The notes beneath the pieces are model-generated. The model did no database searches. It was not told where the DNA came from and saw only the letters and a program-made list of their open reading frames with translations. A DNA stretch of 64,000 nt from an uncultured archaeon. Lineage in GTDB: Archaea; Thermoproteota; Bathyarchaeia; Bathyarchaeales; Bathycorpusculaceae. The DNA lies in the NCBI GenBank assembly GCA_963782915.1, contig CAWALK010000012.1:96001-160000 (forward strand). The letters run 5' to 3'. Each line of letters opens with the position of its first letter. Within the stretch, counting starts at the first letter, position 1. This document shows positions 40,416 through 49,995 of the stretch, piece by piece. The position numbers were made by a program, and so were the translations under genes.

Positions 40416-41505
40416 ATGGATGTCTTAATCGCCAACAACGAACTCAAAGCAAAAGCCTTCCTTGATGAGATTGAAGGCAAAAAACCCCTATTCATCGCAA
40501 CAATCGCCACAACAGAAACCGGCAAAATCCCCGGTTTATCTGCAGCTGGCGCAAACCCAGACTTCACTGACTTCACTCCTCCGGCAGATGCCGAGTTGTT
40601 GCTGCTTGGAAAATGCAGATCCATCCAAGGCGTCCCCATTACTCCCGACGGAATTCCGACACCGGCCCTGATTACGACTTCTGCGTTGCATTTAGCCGAC
40701 ATTCCAGTGCTGATTGTTAACGGTGGAGTTAAGGTTAAACCTCAAATTCCCTACATTGACGTTAACGGCAGCCCAGGACGCGACATCAGAACAGGCGATT
40801 CAGTGGATAATGTCGAAGAAGTCATTGAACGTGCTAAAGTTGTCGGTGAACAGTTGGCTAAAGTGTCGGATTACCTGGTTATCGGCGAAAGCATCCCCGG
40901 CGGAACGACGACAGCGTTGGGTGTTTTGACGGCGTTGGGTGTCGATGCAATGGGCAAAGTCAGCAGCACCTTACCATTAAATCCGCATAATTTGAAGGCA
41001 GAAGTAGTTACGGCAGGTTTGAAAGCCGCTGGCGAGAAATTCGGTAGCTTCAAAGGTGACCCAATCAAGGCAGTTTCCGCAGTCGGTGACCCTATGATGG
41101 CTGCGGTTGCCGGTTTAGTTATCGGCGGAAGCAGGCAGGGGCCTGTTTTGATGGCTGGCGGAACCCAAATGACCGCAGTCCTCGCAGTAATCAATGCATT
41201 AGAGCCTAAAGCGCTCTGTAACGTTGCAGTCGGCACCACACGATGGGTAGCAAAAGACAAGACCTCCGACATCTGCGGCATCACCAAGCAATTCTGCGAA
41301 GTCCCCGTCTTAGCTGCTGACCTTAGATTTTGGTCCTTCCCAATATCCGGGCTTACAAATCTACGAAACAGGGCTCGTAAAAGAAGGCGTCGGCGCAGGC
41401 GGAGCCTCAATCGCAGCCATGGCAAAGACCGGCGGAGCAGTTACCAAGCAAATTCTTCTTAAGGAGATAGAGCGTAACTATGCCTCACTGATGAACCTAA
41501 AGTGA
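40416..41505 (+). CDS. cobT: Archaeal CobT (nicotinate-nucleotide:lower-base phosphoribosyltransferase); frameshift near 41327
   Basis: TETGKIPGLSAAG, TPPADAE, PTPALIT, GESIPGGTTTA, GGTQM. The alternate frame gives YETGLVKEGVGAGG to TGA at 41505. Confidence 0.88.
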
Positions 41506-41512
41506 GACACGC

Positions 41513-42292
41513 TTGGTCGTTAAACAGCTAAAAAACCTCTTATCTTTCTTAACCGTTTTTCCAGTCCAAATGGATAAGGACTTGCTTACTGACTGCGCCA
41601 AAAACATGTGGGCTTTCCCATTAATCGGCGCATTCTTAGGCTTGCTCGCTGGCTTGTTTGGTTGGGTTGCAACCATATTTTTGCCCAGCTTAGTCGTAGG
41701 CGCATTGGCTCTGGCGTTGCTGCTTTGGATGACTGGGCTGCATCACACTGATGGTTTGCTGGATTTCGGCGACGGCGTCATGGTACATGGCACCCCCGAA
41801 AAGAAAATCGAGGTTATGCATGACCAACTCACAGGTGCAGGCGCAATCGGCTTAGCACTCATGACCTACATCGTCACTGCGTTTGCGTTTGCTTCCCTCG
41901 GCGGAAACCAGAATATCTTTGGTTTTAGGGTGCCCTTGATTCTTCCTGCGTTAATCGTTATCGAGTTATGCGCCAAGTTGGGTATGGTTGTGGCTGCCCG
42001 TGCAGGCCGATCAGTGCATCAGGGCATGAACTCATCTTTTCTCCAAGCAATGCATGGAAGCGGCGGAAACTGGCGTCTCGCGTTAGCGTTGGTGATTTCG
42101 TTTGCAGTTGCGTTACCTTTGCTGGGTTTAGGCGGCATCTACGTCGTCTTAGCCGCTGTCGTTACTGGGTTAGTGATGGTTGGGGTTGCACATAGGAACT
42201 TTAACGGCGTCACAGGCGACGTGTTCGGCTCAACCAACGAGTTAACACGCATGGTTTGCGCTGTGGTGTTATTGGCGGTGGTTGCATGGTAA
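41513..42292 (+). CDS. cobS: Adenosylcobinamide-GDP ribazoletransferase CobS, copy 2 (canonical motifs)
   Basis: SFLT, FPLIG, GLHHTDGLLDFGDG, MHD..TGAG, GVTGDVFG..NE. Confidence 0.9.
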   Translation: MVVKQLKNLLSFLTVFPVQMDKDLLTDCAKNMWAFPLIGAFLGLLAGLFGWVATIFLPSLVVGALALALLLWMTGLHHTDGLLDFGDGVMVHGTPEKKIEVMHDQLTGAGAIGLALMTYIVTAFAFASLGGNQNIFGFRVPLILPALIVIELCAKLGMVVAARAGRSVHQGMNSSFLQAMHGSGGNWRLALALVISFAVALPLLGLGGIYVVLAAVVTGLVMVGVAHRNFNGVTGDVFGSTNELTRMVCAVVLLAVVAW

Positions 42293-42907
42293 CTGCGTTG
42301 GTTATGGCTGGTGGCAAAGGCACCCGCATGAAGCTCGCTGAAGAGAAGCCGCTTATCAAAGTCTGTGGCAAACCCGTGATTGAGTATGTGCTTGCTGCAT
42401 TGAAGAGACGCTAAAAAAATTGATCAACATAATCGTGGCTACATCCACTACTACGCCAAAAACTACGGCGTTGATGAAGCACTCGGCGTCCAAGTTATCC
42501 AAACTCCAGGTAAAGACTATGTTTCCGACATGGGCTACACGGTCCAAACGCTCAAGTTCGGCGTTTTCTTAGCAATCGCGGCTGATTTGCCATTGGTGAA
42601 GCCTGAAATGATTGATGCAGTGGTGGAACGTTATGAGCAATGCGGCAAACCTGCGCTAACGGTTGCGGTGCCGCTTGAAGTTAAAGCCAAGTTGGGCATG
42701 AGCATCGAATACAGCTTCAAAACCGACGACAACTGTGACGTGGTTCCAGTCGGCATAAACGTCATAGACGGCAGCAAACGTTACGGCGACGAATGGCTCG
42801 ACCAAGACATCTACATCCTAAACCACGAAGAACTCGCCGTTAACATCAACACAGTGCAGGAACTACAGCTGGCAGAACGCATGTTGGCTGAGAAACTTAA
42901 GAAATAG
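42286..42907 (+). CDS. cobY: CobY guanylyltransferase, copy 2; several indels in 42400-42490
   Basis: ATG at 42286 gives MVTALVMAGGKGTRMK..EKP. The downstream frame has ADLP, GINV and NINT. Confidence 0.8.
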
Positions 42908-42909
42908 TC

Positions 42910-43005
42910 TTTTGCTCTCCAGAGCCTATCACACTCTATTTACAGCAACATAGAGGAGCGTTTGCTGCTCTGCGGACCTACCCCTCCCTTATATATAGAT
43001 TCAAG
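42910..43005 (-). repeat. Tandem G-box units G1/G2
   Basis: TTTGCTCTCCAGAGCCTATC..CTATTTACAG followed by GTTTGCTGCTCTGCGGACCTACCCCTCCCTTATATATAGATTCAAG. Confidence 0.85.
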
Positions 43006-43017
43006 CAGTAAGTGCCT

Positions 43018-43900
43018 TTAAGGTTCAACTTTCCGTTGCTTCTCAGCTGTAGCTTGCTGTAGAGTCTCCTTCATCTTCCTTGCATCCACATCCAGAATCG
43101 GCGATTCACAAATCATCGTTGGATGCATCCCAAAATCCAAAATCACCTCAGCCAACCACCGAAAATCAGGTCCATACTCTTTCTCATCGAGGGTATGGTG
43201 GCATTTTTCGCCTTGACTGCTAAATTCAATCGCTGAAAAGTGACAATGCATACTGCGAAGCACCTGTGTGCCAAGTTGCTCCTCAACTTTCTCGGCGATT
43301 TTACGCATGTCATCTGATGATTTGAAGGTGCCCTGATGCAGCGCATGCAGATGCCCCCAGTCAATTACCAATTGGGTGTTTTCGACTTCGCGGTTTATTG
43401 CTATGATTTCGTCTATGGTGCCAACTTGGGATTTTTTGCCCATCGTTTCAGGTCCAAGCTTCGCCTTTAATCCCCATAGACTTCATCCGTGACGACACGT
43501 CTTTGAGTTCAGATATGCAGGTTTTTAGAGCGTAGTCTTTGTCGAATTTGCCATAGAAACCCGTGTGGAACACCACTACGTAGGCGTTCATCCAGTCCGC
43601 TGCGGTTACGGCTCCGAGTATGCGTTCTTTGCTGGCTTCAACGACTTCTTTTTTTCCTGAGAGGTTGATGAAGTAGCTGCCATGCATGCTGAGTTTAACG
43701 TCGTTTTTAGCGGCTTCTTCTCCGAGTTTTTGGGCATCTGCCTGTTTTATCTGCGGCTTAGCACCCCAACGGGAAGCCTGATACTCAAAAGCGTCCAGTC
43801 CCTCCTCATGAAGTAGCCTTGGAACGTCGAATGTGGTTGCGCCCATTAATCGGAACATGGGTGGTACGCCTGCGGGTCCAAAACGGGTATGCTCAGACAA
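43018..43900 (-). CDS. nfo: Endonuclease IV (AP endonuclease family 2); frameshift near 43465
   Basis: RFGPAG, H..YFINL, VFHTG, (LGPE)TMGK..Q.G, IDWGH, HCHFS, ICESP. Confidence 0.85.
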
Positions 43901-43950
43901 TTATAATCCCTTGCAATTTAGGTTGCCAAATCAATCATTAAGGTTTTCTC

Positions 43951-44733
43951 TTACAACAAGCTCACAATTGTTGGGATTGCGATGAAGAAGTGCATGTAAA
44001 CCGCTATCGCCAAAATCGCAATTGTAATTGCCAGCAGGGCGTAGTCGCCTTTGTGCAGTTTTAGCAAATAGAGGTTGGTGCGTTTTTTGCTTGCACCCCA
44101 TGCACGGGACTCCATGGCTTCGGCTAATTCGAGGCTTCTGCGGATGGCGCTGACGATCAATGGGATGAGTACGGGTATGTAGTTGCGGATGCGTTTCATT
44201 AAGCCGCCTTTCTCGAGTTCGAGTCCTCGGGCTTTTTGGGCATCCATGATGGTTTGGGCTTCCTCAGCCAAAACTGGCACAAAGCGGACGGCTGTGGTAA
44301 AGGCGAACGCGAATTCATATGGCACCCGTGACTGCTCAAGTGCTAAGCCTAAGTGGTCGGGTGAGGTGGTTAGGAAGAAGACTGAGAAGGACTCGACCAG
44401 GACGACGAATCGCAGAGTCATCGCTGCAGCAGATTCCACAGCAGCTGGAGTAAGGGTGTAACCTTGGGTGAAGAAGGTTGTGCCAATGTTTATGAAAAAG
44501 ATAAATGCTGCCAAAAAGGCTGCTCCACGCAGCGAACGCAACCACTGCTTCTGAACCCTTGCCAGAAACACAAACGGCAACTGCATCAAAAACAGGGCAA
44601 GCAACGGGATGATTTGGGTGAAGATGATGGCTACTATGAAGATGGCGATGACATAGACGAATTTTATTCGTGGGTCCAAGTTGTGGATTGGGCTGGATAC
44701 TTTGCGGAATTTTAAGCCGTCAAAAACGCTCAT
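43951..44733 (-). CDS. ecfT: ECF transporter transmembrane component T
   Basis: LDPRIK, RFVP, AQKARG, AMESR. Confidence 0.92.
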   Translation of the reverse strand: MSVFDGLKFRKVSSPIHNLDPRIKFVYVIAIFIVAIIFTQIIPLLALFLMQLPFVFLARVQKQWLRSLRGAAFLAAFIFFINIGTTFFTQGYTLTPAAVESAAAMTLRFVVLVESFSVFFLTTSPDHLGLALEQSRVPYEFAFAFTTAVRFVPVLAEEAQTIMDAQKARGLELEKGGLMKRIRNYIPVLIPLIVSAIRRSLELAEAMESRAWGASKKRTNLYLLKLHKGDYALLAITIAILAIAVYMHFFIAIPTIVSLL

Positions 44734-45554
44734 CTGCCCAATCGCTCCTTAGTTTTAAGCAGTAGTGCTTTAGCTTCGTAAATGTCAATGATGTCTTTTG
44801 GCAAACCCAACGATTCCAGTTTGGTGAATACCTGCGCTATCTGAGGCAGCACAATCGAGGACAACTCTAGCATGGCTGGGTCGGTTAGGATTTCTTTTCC
44901 TTCGCCGTCCGCAACGATTTTGCCCTCTTTCATTAGGATGACACGGGGATTGCATTCCGCTACAAACTCCACGTCGTGGGTGACTGCAACTACGGTTTTC
45001 TTCTGTGTCTGCAGCTGCATGATGAATTGGCGAAGTATCTCTTTCTGCTCATGGTCCTGCCCGATGGTGGGTTCATCCAAAATCAACGTTTTCGGATCCC
45101 AAGCCAGCACTGATGCTAAGGCTACACGTTTGCGTTCTCCGCCGCTGAGTAGGAACGGCGAGGTTTTGCGGTACTGAGCAATCGAGAGTAATTCAAGCGC
45201 CCATGTAACCTGCTGTTCGATTACTTTAGGTTCGAACCCGAAGTTTTTGAGTGCAAAAGAGATTTCTTCTTCAACGGTTTCGCTGAACAGTTGATGGTCT
45301 GGATTTTGGAAGACGAAGCCGACGTTTCTTGCTAATGCTGCAACGCTGGATTTGGTGGTTGGTACCCCATCTATCTTAACTGTGCCCATCGAGGGTTTCA
45401 GTAAGCCGTTGAAGTGTTTGACAAAGGTGGATTTGCCTGCGCCGTTCTGCCCCATGATGGCGACGAATTCGCCGTCTTTAATGGTTAATGAGACGCCTTT
45501 TAGGGCTTCAACTTTGCTGGCGTAGGAGTAATGGACGTTTTCGGCTTCAATCAT
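44730..45554 (-). CDS. ecfA2: ECF transporter ATPase
   Basis: GQNGAGKST, FQNPDHQ, LSGGE, LDEPT.GQD. Confidence 0.92.
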   Translation of the reverse strand: MIEAENVHYSYASKVEALKGVSLTIKDGEFVAIMGQNGAGKSTFVKHFNGLLKPSMGTVKIDGVPTTKSSVAALARNVGFVFQNPDHQLFSETVEEEISFALKNFGFEPKVIEQQVTWALELLSIAQYRKTSPFLLSGGERKRVALASVLAWDPKTLILDEPTIGQDHEQKEILRQFIMQLQTQKKTVVAVTHDVEFVAECNPRVILMKEGKIVADGEGKEILTDPAMLELSSIVLPQIAQVFTKLESLGLPKDIIDIYEAKALLLKTKERLGR

Positions 45555-46402
45555 TTCGGCGAGAGTGCCTCCAGTAGTTGTTCTGCCAGCTCTTCGGATG
45601 AGAGTGGGGTTTTGTCGCCTAAGTTGAAGCCTTCTTTTTTAGCATCTGATAGAGCAAAGTTGCCTTGGGGATGCCGACGCCGATTAAACGGGTTTCCTCA
45701 TTGTTCAGTATCTGGCGTGGGTCGCCTTCTAAGCCGAACTGTGCCCTGATCCATAACGATTAGGTGGTCAGTGTATTTGGCGGTTAAGTCCAATCGGTGC
45801 TCGACGAGGATAACGGTGATGCCCTGTTCTTTGTTTAATCGATAGATGACTTCGAAGATTTTCTGTGCACTAAGGGGGTCCAGAAAAGATGTTGGTTCAT
45901 CGAGCACAATGATGTCGGGTTCCATCGCCAACACAGATGCAATCGCCACCCGCTGCTGCTGTCCACCGCTGATTTCGTGGGGGGAGCGTTCGCGGATGTC
46001 GTAGATGCCTGTTTGGTTAAGTGCCCAATCGACTTTTTTGCGCATTTCCGTTCTGGCTACGCCGACGTTTTCTAAGCCGAAAGCAACATCTTTCTCGATG
46101 GATAGCGCAAAAAGCTGGTTTTCGGGGTTCTGGAACACTAAGCCAACATGCTTCGCCATCTCATACGTGTGATGCTCAAGCGCGTTAATGCCAGCCACCG
46201 TGACTTCGCCTTTAACTTCGCCCTGATAAAAATGCGGAACCAAACCGTTAAAGCAACGGCACAAAGTTGTTTTGCCACAGCCACTTGGACCCGTAATCAA
46301 AACAAACTCGCCCTTCTCTATCTTTATGTTCACATCATGGATTGATGGTTTTGATGCGCCAGGATAGGTGTAGGTGAGGTTTTTGATTTCTATTATAGCC
46401 AA
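45551..46402 (-). CDS. ecfA1: ECF transporter ATPase; indels near 45730 and 45640
   Basis: GPSGCGKTT, FQNPENQ, SGGQQQR, LDEPTS.LD. The tail (EGDPRQIL..LIGVGIP) continues in shifted frames to a stop overlapping the next ATG. Confidence 0.9.
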
Positions 46403-46561
46403 AGTTTTGTGCCTGCTACCTTAAGCGTGAAGGTTTGCTCATTTAAGCGTAACTACCCAATTTTGGATATTTTTCTGTTCTAAACCGTTTGACGTAATTA
46501 AGAATTTCCATTGAACAGTCTATACAGGTCTAAAACCTCTCAACACCTCTAAACAGGGGTG

Positions 46562-47557
46562 CTACTCGGTTTTAGCTATTTTCTGCTGCAACAACTTGAG
46601 GCACTGTTTGAGGGCATCCTGAATTTCGCCTTTACCGCTCACACCAGAAGCCATCGCGTGACCACCGCCAACTCCACCCAAATATTCGCCTAGTGGCGCC
46701 GCTATGTCGGTTCCTAAGTGGATTTTTGCGCCTTCGTTGAATTGGCGTACGCTTCGTAGGCTGATTTCAATTTTACCGTTTTTCTTGCCTGCAACCGCGG
46801 ACATATGTGCGCCTAAATCTACGAGTGCTTTTGCTGCGGGAGCTTGGAAAGCACTGACATGTGATAGGGCGATTATCCAGCCATCGACTTTAACGATTTT
46901 AGCACGTTTACATGCTTTGAGTTTGGCAACCCGTTCAGAGGGGTCAATTGGCAATGCATACTGTGCCAGCGTCTGCTGAGCATCAATCCCTTCAACCACC
47001 AACTTCGCAACAATCTCAAAAGTTGGCGAATTAGCCAACGCAAAATGGCGTGTATCAAAAGCTATACCAACAAACAATGCTTTTGCCTCGTTGAGGGTTG
47101 GTCTTACCTCTGCTTCGGCATAGAGGCGATAGATTAATTCACAGTTCGCTGCTGCTTTATCGTCGACAAAGCAGAGTTTGCAGATTTGCATGGTTTCTGC
47201 GTTTGGTGCGTGGTGGTCGATGATGATTTTTGGGGCAGGCGACTTTTTGATGGCATCGGCAACTTCGTCAAGCTGCTCAATAGTGTTCATGTCGAGTAGT
47301 ATGATGGCTTCTGCTGAGTCAATGTTAGGCTTCAAATTAACAGTTATAGGCAAATTATCAAGAAGCGTCTTAGACGGTTTATTGATGCCTTGTGGGCAAC
47401 CAATCTCCACTACCATGTTGGGTAGAAACCGCTTTAGCAATCCCTGCAAACCATAAGCTGAACAAATCGCATCCGCATCTGCACTACGGTGACAAAGCAG
47501 TAGAACAAAAGAAGCCTGCTGCTTCTCCAAAAGCGCAATTAATTCTTTGAAACTCAT
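46562..47557 (-). CDS. DHH/DHHA1 phosphoesterase
   Basis: H..ADADA, IIDHH, DT..F, SLRS, GGGH. Confidence 0.9.
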   Translation of the reverse strand: MSFKELIALLEKQQASFVLLLCHRSADADAICSAYGLQGLLKRFLPNMVVEIGCPQGINKPSKTLLDNLPITVNLKPNIDSAEAIILLDMNTIEQLDEVADAIKKSPAPKIIIDHHAPNAETMQICKLCFVDDKAAANCELIYRLYAEAEVRPTLNEAKALFVGIAFDTRHFALANSPTFEIVAKLVVEGIDAQQTLAQYALPIDPSERVAKLKACKRAKIVKVDGWIIALSHVSAFQAPAAKALVDLGAHMSAVAGKKNGKIEISLRSVRQFNEGAKIHLGTDIAAPLGEYLGGVGGGHAMASGVSGKGEIQDALKQCLKLLQQKIAKTE

Positions 47558-47844
47558 TTTAGTTTGCTCAAAAAGTTTTCAGTAGCCCGATGCGCTTCAG
47601 AAACCGCTGCTTTAACCAAAGCCTCCACATCCACCTCTTTAGTTGTCTTAAGCAAAAGAAGATTGATTTCGACTGTGACGCTGACGGGTTTGGTTCCTTC
47701 AACTTCAACAGAGATTTCTAAACGGTCAATATCTTTGCTGGAGACTTTGGATAGGATATGTTTGCGGGCTGCATCCTCGGTGGTTTGGCATAAAAGTTCG
47801 ATTTGCTCGGTGGATAGCTCTGGAAAGCCGAGCTCACCCATCAA
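47554..47844 (-). CDS. DUF3194-family archaeal protein
   Basis: Small acidic protein (GFPELS.EQIE) in the usual prefoldin beta-DUF3194-DHH gene order. Confidence 0.7.
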   Translation of the reverse strand: MMGELGFPELSTEQIELLCQTTEDAARKHILSKVSSKDIDRLEISVEVEGTKPVSVTVEINLLLLKTTKEVDVEALVKAAVSEAHRATENFLSKLK

Positions 47845-47860
47845 GCATCAAGTCCCCTGT

Positions 47861-48235
47861 TTAAGAGAGGGGTTGACCCGAGACTGGGCTTAGGTCTTCT
47901 TGTAGTTTAGTCTGTGATTCTTTGACTTGGCTGCGTATGCGTTCTTCTTGGCGTGCGATGACTGTGCTGCGTGTTTCAAGCAGGGATTTGCGTTCGGTTA
48001 AGCTTTCGATAACCTTTGCTTTCTCTGCTTTTACGAGTAGTGAACCGGCGGCGCTGTAGATGACTGCGTCGTCTGCGGTTTTTGCCAATTCAGCGAGGGT
48101 TTGGTCTACCTCAGATTTTTCCATGTCAACTTGTTGTTTCTGTGCTAGGATGGATTGTAGTGTCTGTTGTAACTGTTGGAGACGGAGAAGCCTTTCTTGA
48201 ACGTTAGGCGGTAACTTGGATAATTCGTCACTCAT
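47861..48235 (-). CDS. pfdB: Prefoldin beta subunit
   Basis: LPPNVQ..LQQLQQ coiled coil, IYSAAGSLLVK hairpin, second coiled coil. Confidence 0.92.
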   Translation of the reverse strand: MSDELSKLPPNVQERLLRLQQLQQTLQSILAQKQQVDMEKSEVDQTLAELAKTADDAVIYSAAGSLLVKAEKAKVIESLTERKSLLETRSTVIARQEERIRSQVKESQTKLQEDLSPVSGQPLS

Positions 48236-48296
48236 GTTTTATTCCTTCCGTACCAGAAATGGGATGTGCTCTTAATTAAGGATTTCCAACTCTTTT

Positions 48297-48345
48297 TTCT
48301 ATAGTAGTTGTTGGCGAAAAGTTGCTATACACAACAACAACCAGC
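48297..48345. repeat. Hairpin element copy 2
   Basis: TTCTATAGTAGTTGTTGGCGAAAAGTTGCTATACACAACAACAACCAGC. A GT-rich linker follows, then a degenerate G-box (AAATATGGAAGGGGGTGG) at ~48422. Confidence 0.8.
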
Positions 48346-48517
48346 TGGTTGTGCTGTGGTTTGCTTTTTTGGTTTTGGGTTTGGTTTGGGTTGCTGGTTG
48401 GTTGTGGCGTATTTTGCAGGCAAATATGGAAGGGGGTGGTGGCTTTTGAACATGTTTTTCTTTGCGAAAGAAAGCCTTATATGGATAAATATGTAACGCT
48501 TACAATGTAAGCTGTTA

Positions 48518-49024
48518 GTGGCTTACAAGAATTGCAAAATGACCCTAAGCTTCGGATACCTAACACCCAAACAAAAAGCCATCTGGGACCTAAAAAGCAG
48601 CGGACTCCAAGAAGCCCACATCGCCAAAAAACTAAACATCACCCGCCAAACCGTCCACAAATCCCTCGACATAGCCAACCTCAAAATCGAAGACACCCTC
48701 CAAGAAATCGCCAAAATCAACAAAATCGACATCGAAGCAATCAACGCTCACAGGGGATTCCTCAAAGGATACAGCAACCACTTCAAAACCTCAGCTTTTG
48801 TAACCTTCTCAGCCAAGAATGGTATCCAAGTATGGTACAAACATGAAGGCAACTGCGAAAAATGCAAAAAACAAGAAATATGCAGAAACACCCTGCTATC
48901 CGAAGCCAAAGACCGCAATTTCCTGCTACTAGATGAGTCAAGCAAAATTTTGCCATCCAAACTCGCCGAAGCACTATTCGCTAAAATAACAGGTGAAGAA
49001 AATGAGCATACGAAAAAGAATTAA
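48518..49024 (+). CDS. HTH (LuxR/sigma region-4-like) DNA-binding protein with C-terminal CxxC..C motif
   Basis: LTPKQKAIW..GLQEAHIAKKLNITRQTVHKSL; HEGNCEKC..C. Confidence 0.8.
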   Translation: MAYKNCKMTLSFGYLTPKQKAIWDLKSSGLQEAHIAKKLNITRQTVHKSLDIANLKIEDTLQEIAKINKIDIEAINAHRGFLKGYSNHFKTSAFVTFSAKNGIQVWYKHEGNCEKCKKQEICRNTLLSEAKDRNFLLLDESSKILPSKLAEALFAKITGEENEHTKKN

Positions 49025-49625
49025 ACATCTCATTGATTATTGCCCGCAACCCCAAATGCCCTTAACGACAAGACTGAAACGTCACTCTCTACCAATTGCT
49101 GCGGCAGTTACAGCCATGCTTGTTCTTTCAGTTACAGCCTCAATATTTTACTCAGGTCTTGCATCATACACATCTCCGCCTCCAATCATTAAAGAACCGA
49201 ATGCTTCTTTCTACGAGTTAGCATATGCCAAGGCAACAAACGAGCAAAAAGAAGAATTAGACAAAATTATTGCTGACAAGAGCATTGGTTTGCCAGGCGA
49301 ATGGAGACGAGCCGTTCTTATCGTCATCGGAGACCTGCCAAAAGATCAGCCCAGATTAACTGCTGAACAGGCAGGGAAGTTATATGACAGTAAAGACGTG
49401 AGCGCCCTAGAAAGTGAATTCAACAAAATTGCAGGTGCACCAGACTTTATTGGCGGTAGCGGAATTGGGCGGTCTATTTACTATCTAAACGACAATAGAA
49501 CAGAAGCCATCTATGTAATGGAAGGCGATGCATTTCACGTAGTATTTAATGACGATGGAACTCAAACAAGATTACCATTAGGCACTCAGACGCTTCCTTT
49601 TGGTCCAAGTCCTTATCAAAAATGA
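49002..49625 (+). CDS. Single-pass membrane protein with extracellular domain
   Basis: Basic N-terminus and TM IAAAVTAMLVLSVTASIF. Overlaps the HTH gene. Confidence 0.7.
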   Translation: MSIRKRIKHLIDYCPQPQMPLTTRLKRHSLPIAAAVTAMLVLSVTASIFYSGLASYTSPPPIIKEPNASFYELAYAKATNEQKEELDKIIADKSIGLPGEWRRAVLIVIGDLPKDQPRLTAEQAGKLYDSKDVSALESEFNKIAGAPDFIGGSGIGRSIYYLNDNRTEAIYVMEGDAFHVVFNDDGTQTRLPLGTQTLPFGPSPYQK

Positions 49626-49758
49626 CTACGTATTGCTGAAGGTGCAATTGTTCTGAATAGCGTTGGGTTGCTTTGTAAAGTGTAACTGCTATTGTAAATA
49701 AATTTTAGCGGTAGTTATTTCAAGAAGTATGTATACATAATGTATAGGTGCACGGGCA

Positions 49759-49995
49759 ATGGCGAGACAAATTTCCGTATCAAACGAAGTGTACGAGCTC
49801 CTCCTAGAACGAAAAGGCAACAAGAGTTTTTCGCAAGTAATCAAAGAAAGCATTCGCGCAACAAAGAAAAAAAATGATATTATGAAATTCGCGGGCGCCA
49901 TGAAAGAAGAAAAAGAAAAAATGCAGCTACTAAAAAAACAGGTTGCCGCTGAAAGAGAAGCCAACTACGGTCGAACATTCGATATGGAACAATGA
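49759..49995 (+). CDS. vapB: VapB-type antitoxin (DUF217-like)
   Basis: ISVSNEVYELL..K..KSFSQVI and FAGA. Coupled to a PIN gene. Confidence 0.85.
   Translation: MARQISVSNEVYELLLERKGNKSFSQVIKESIRATKKKNDIMKFAGAMKEEKEKMQLLKKQVAAEREANYGRTFDMEQ

Noticed and set aside
43951-46402. ECF module as a dedicated B12 importer
   Set aside because: No S-component is present in the window, so it may be a shared group II AAT module. The substrate cannot be assigned.
9647-48442. G-box or TGTTCC motifs as replication-origin ORB elements
   Set aside because: There is no cdc6/orc1 or clustered ORB array around an AT-rich unwinding element, and the TTCCAG-like core and G-string do not occur together as in ORBs.
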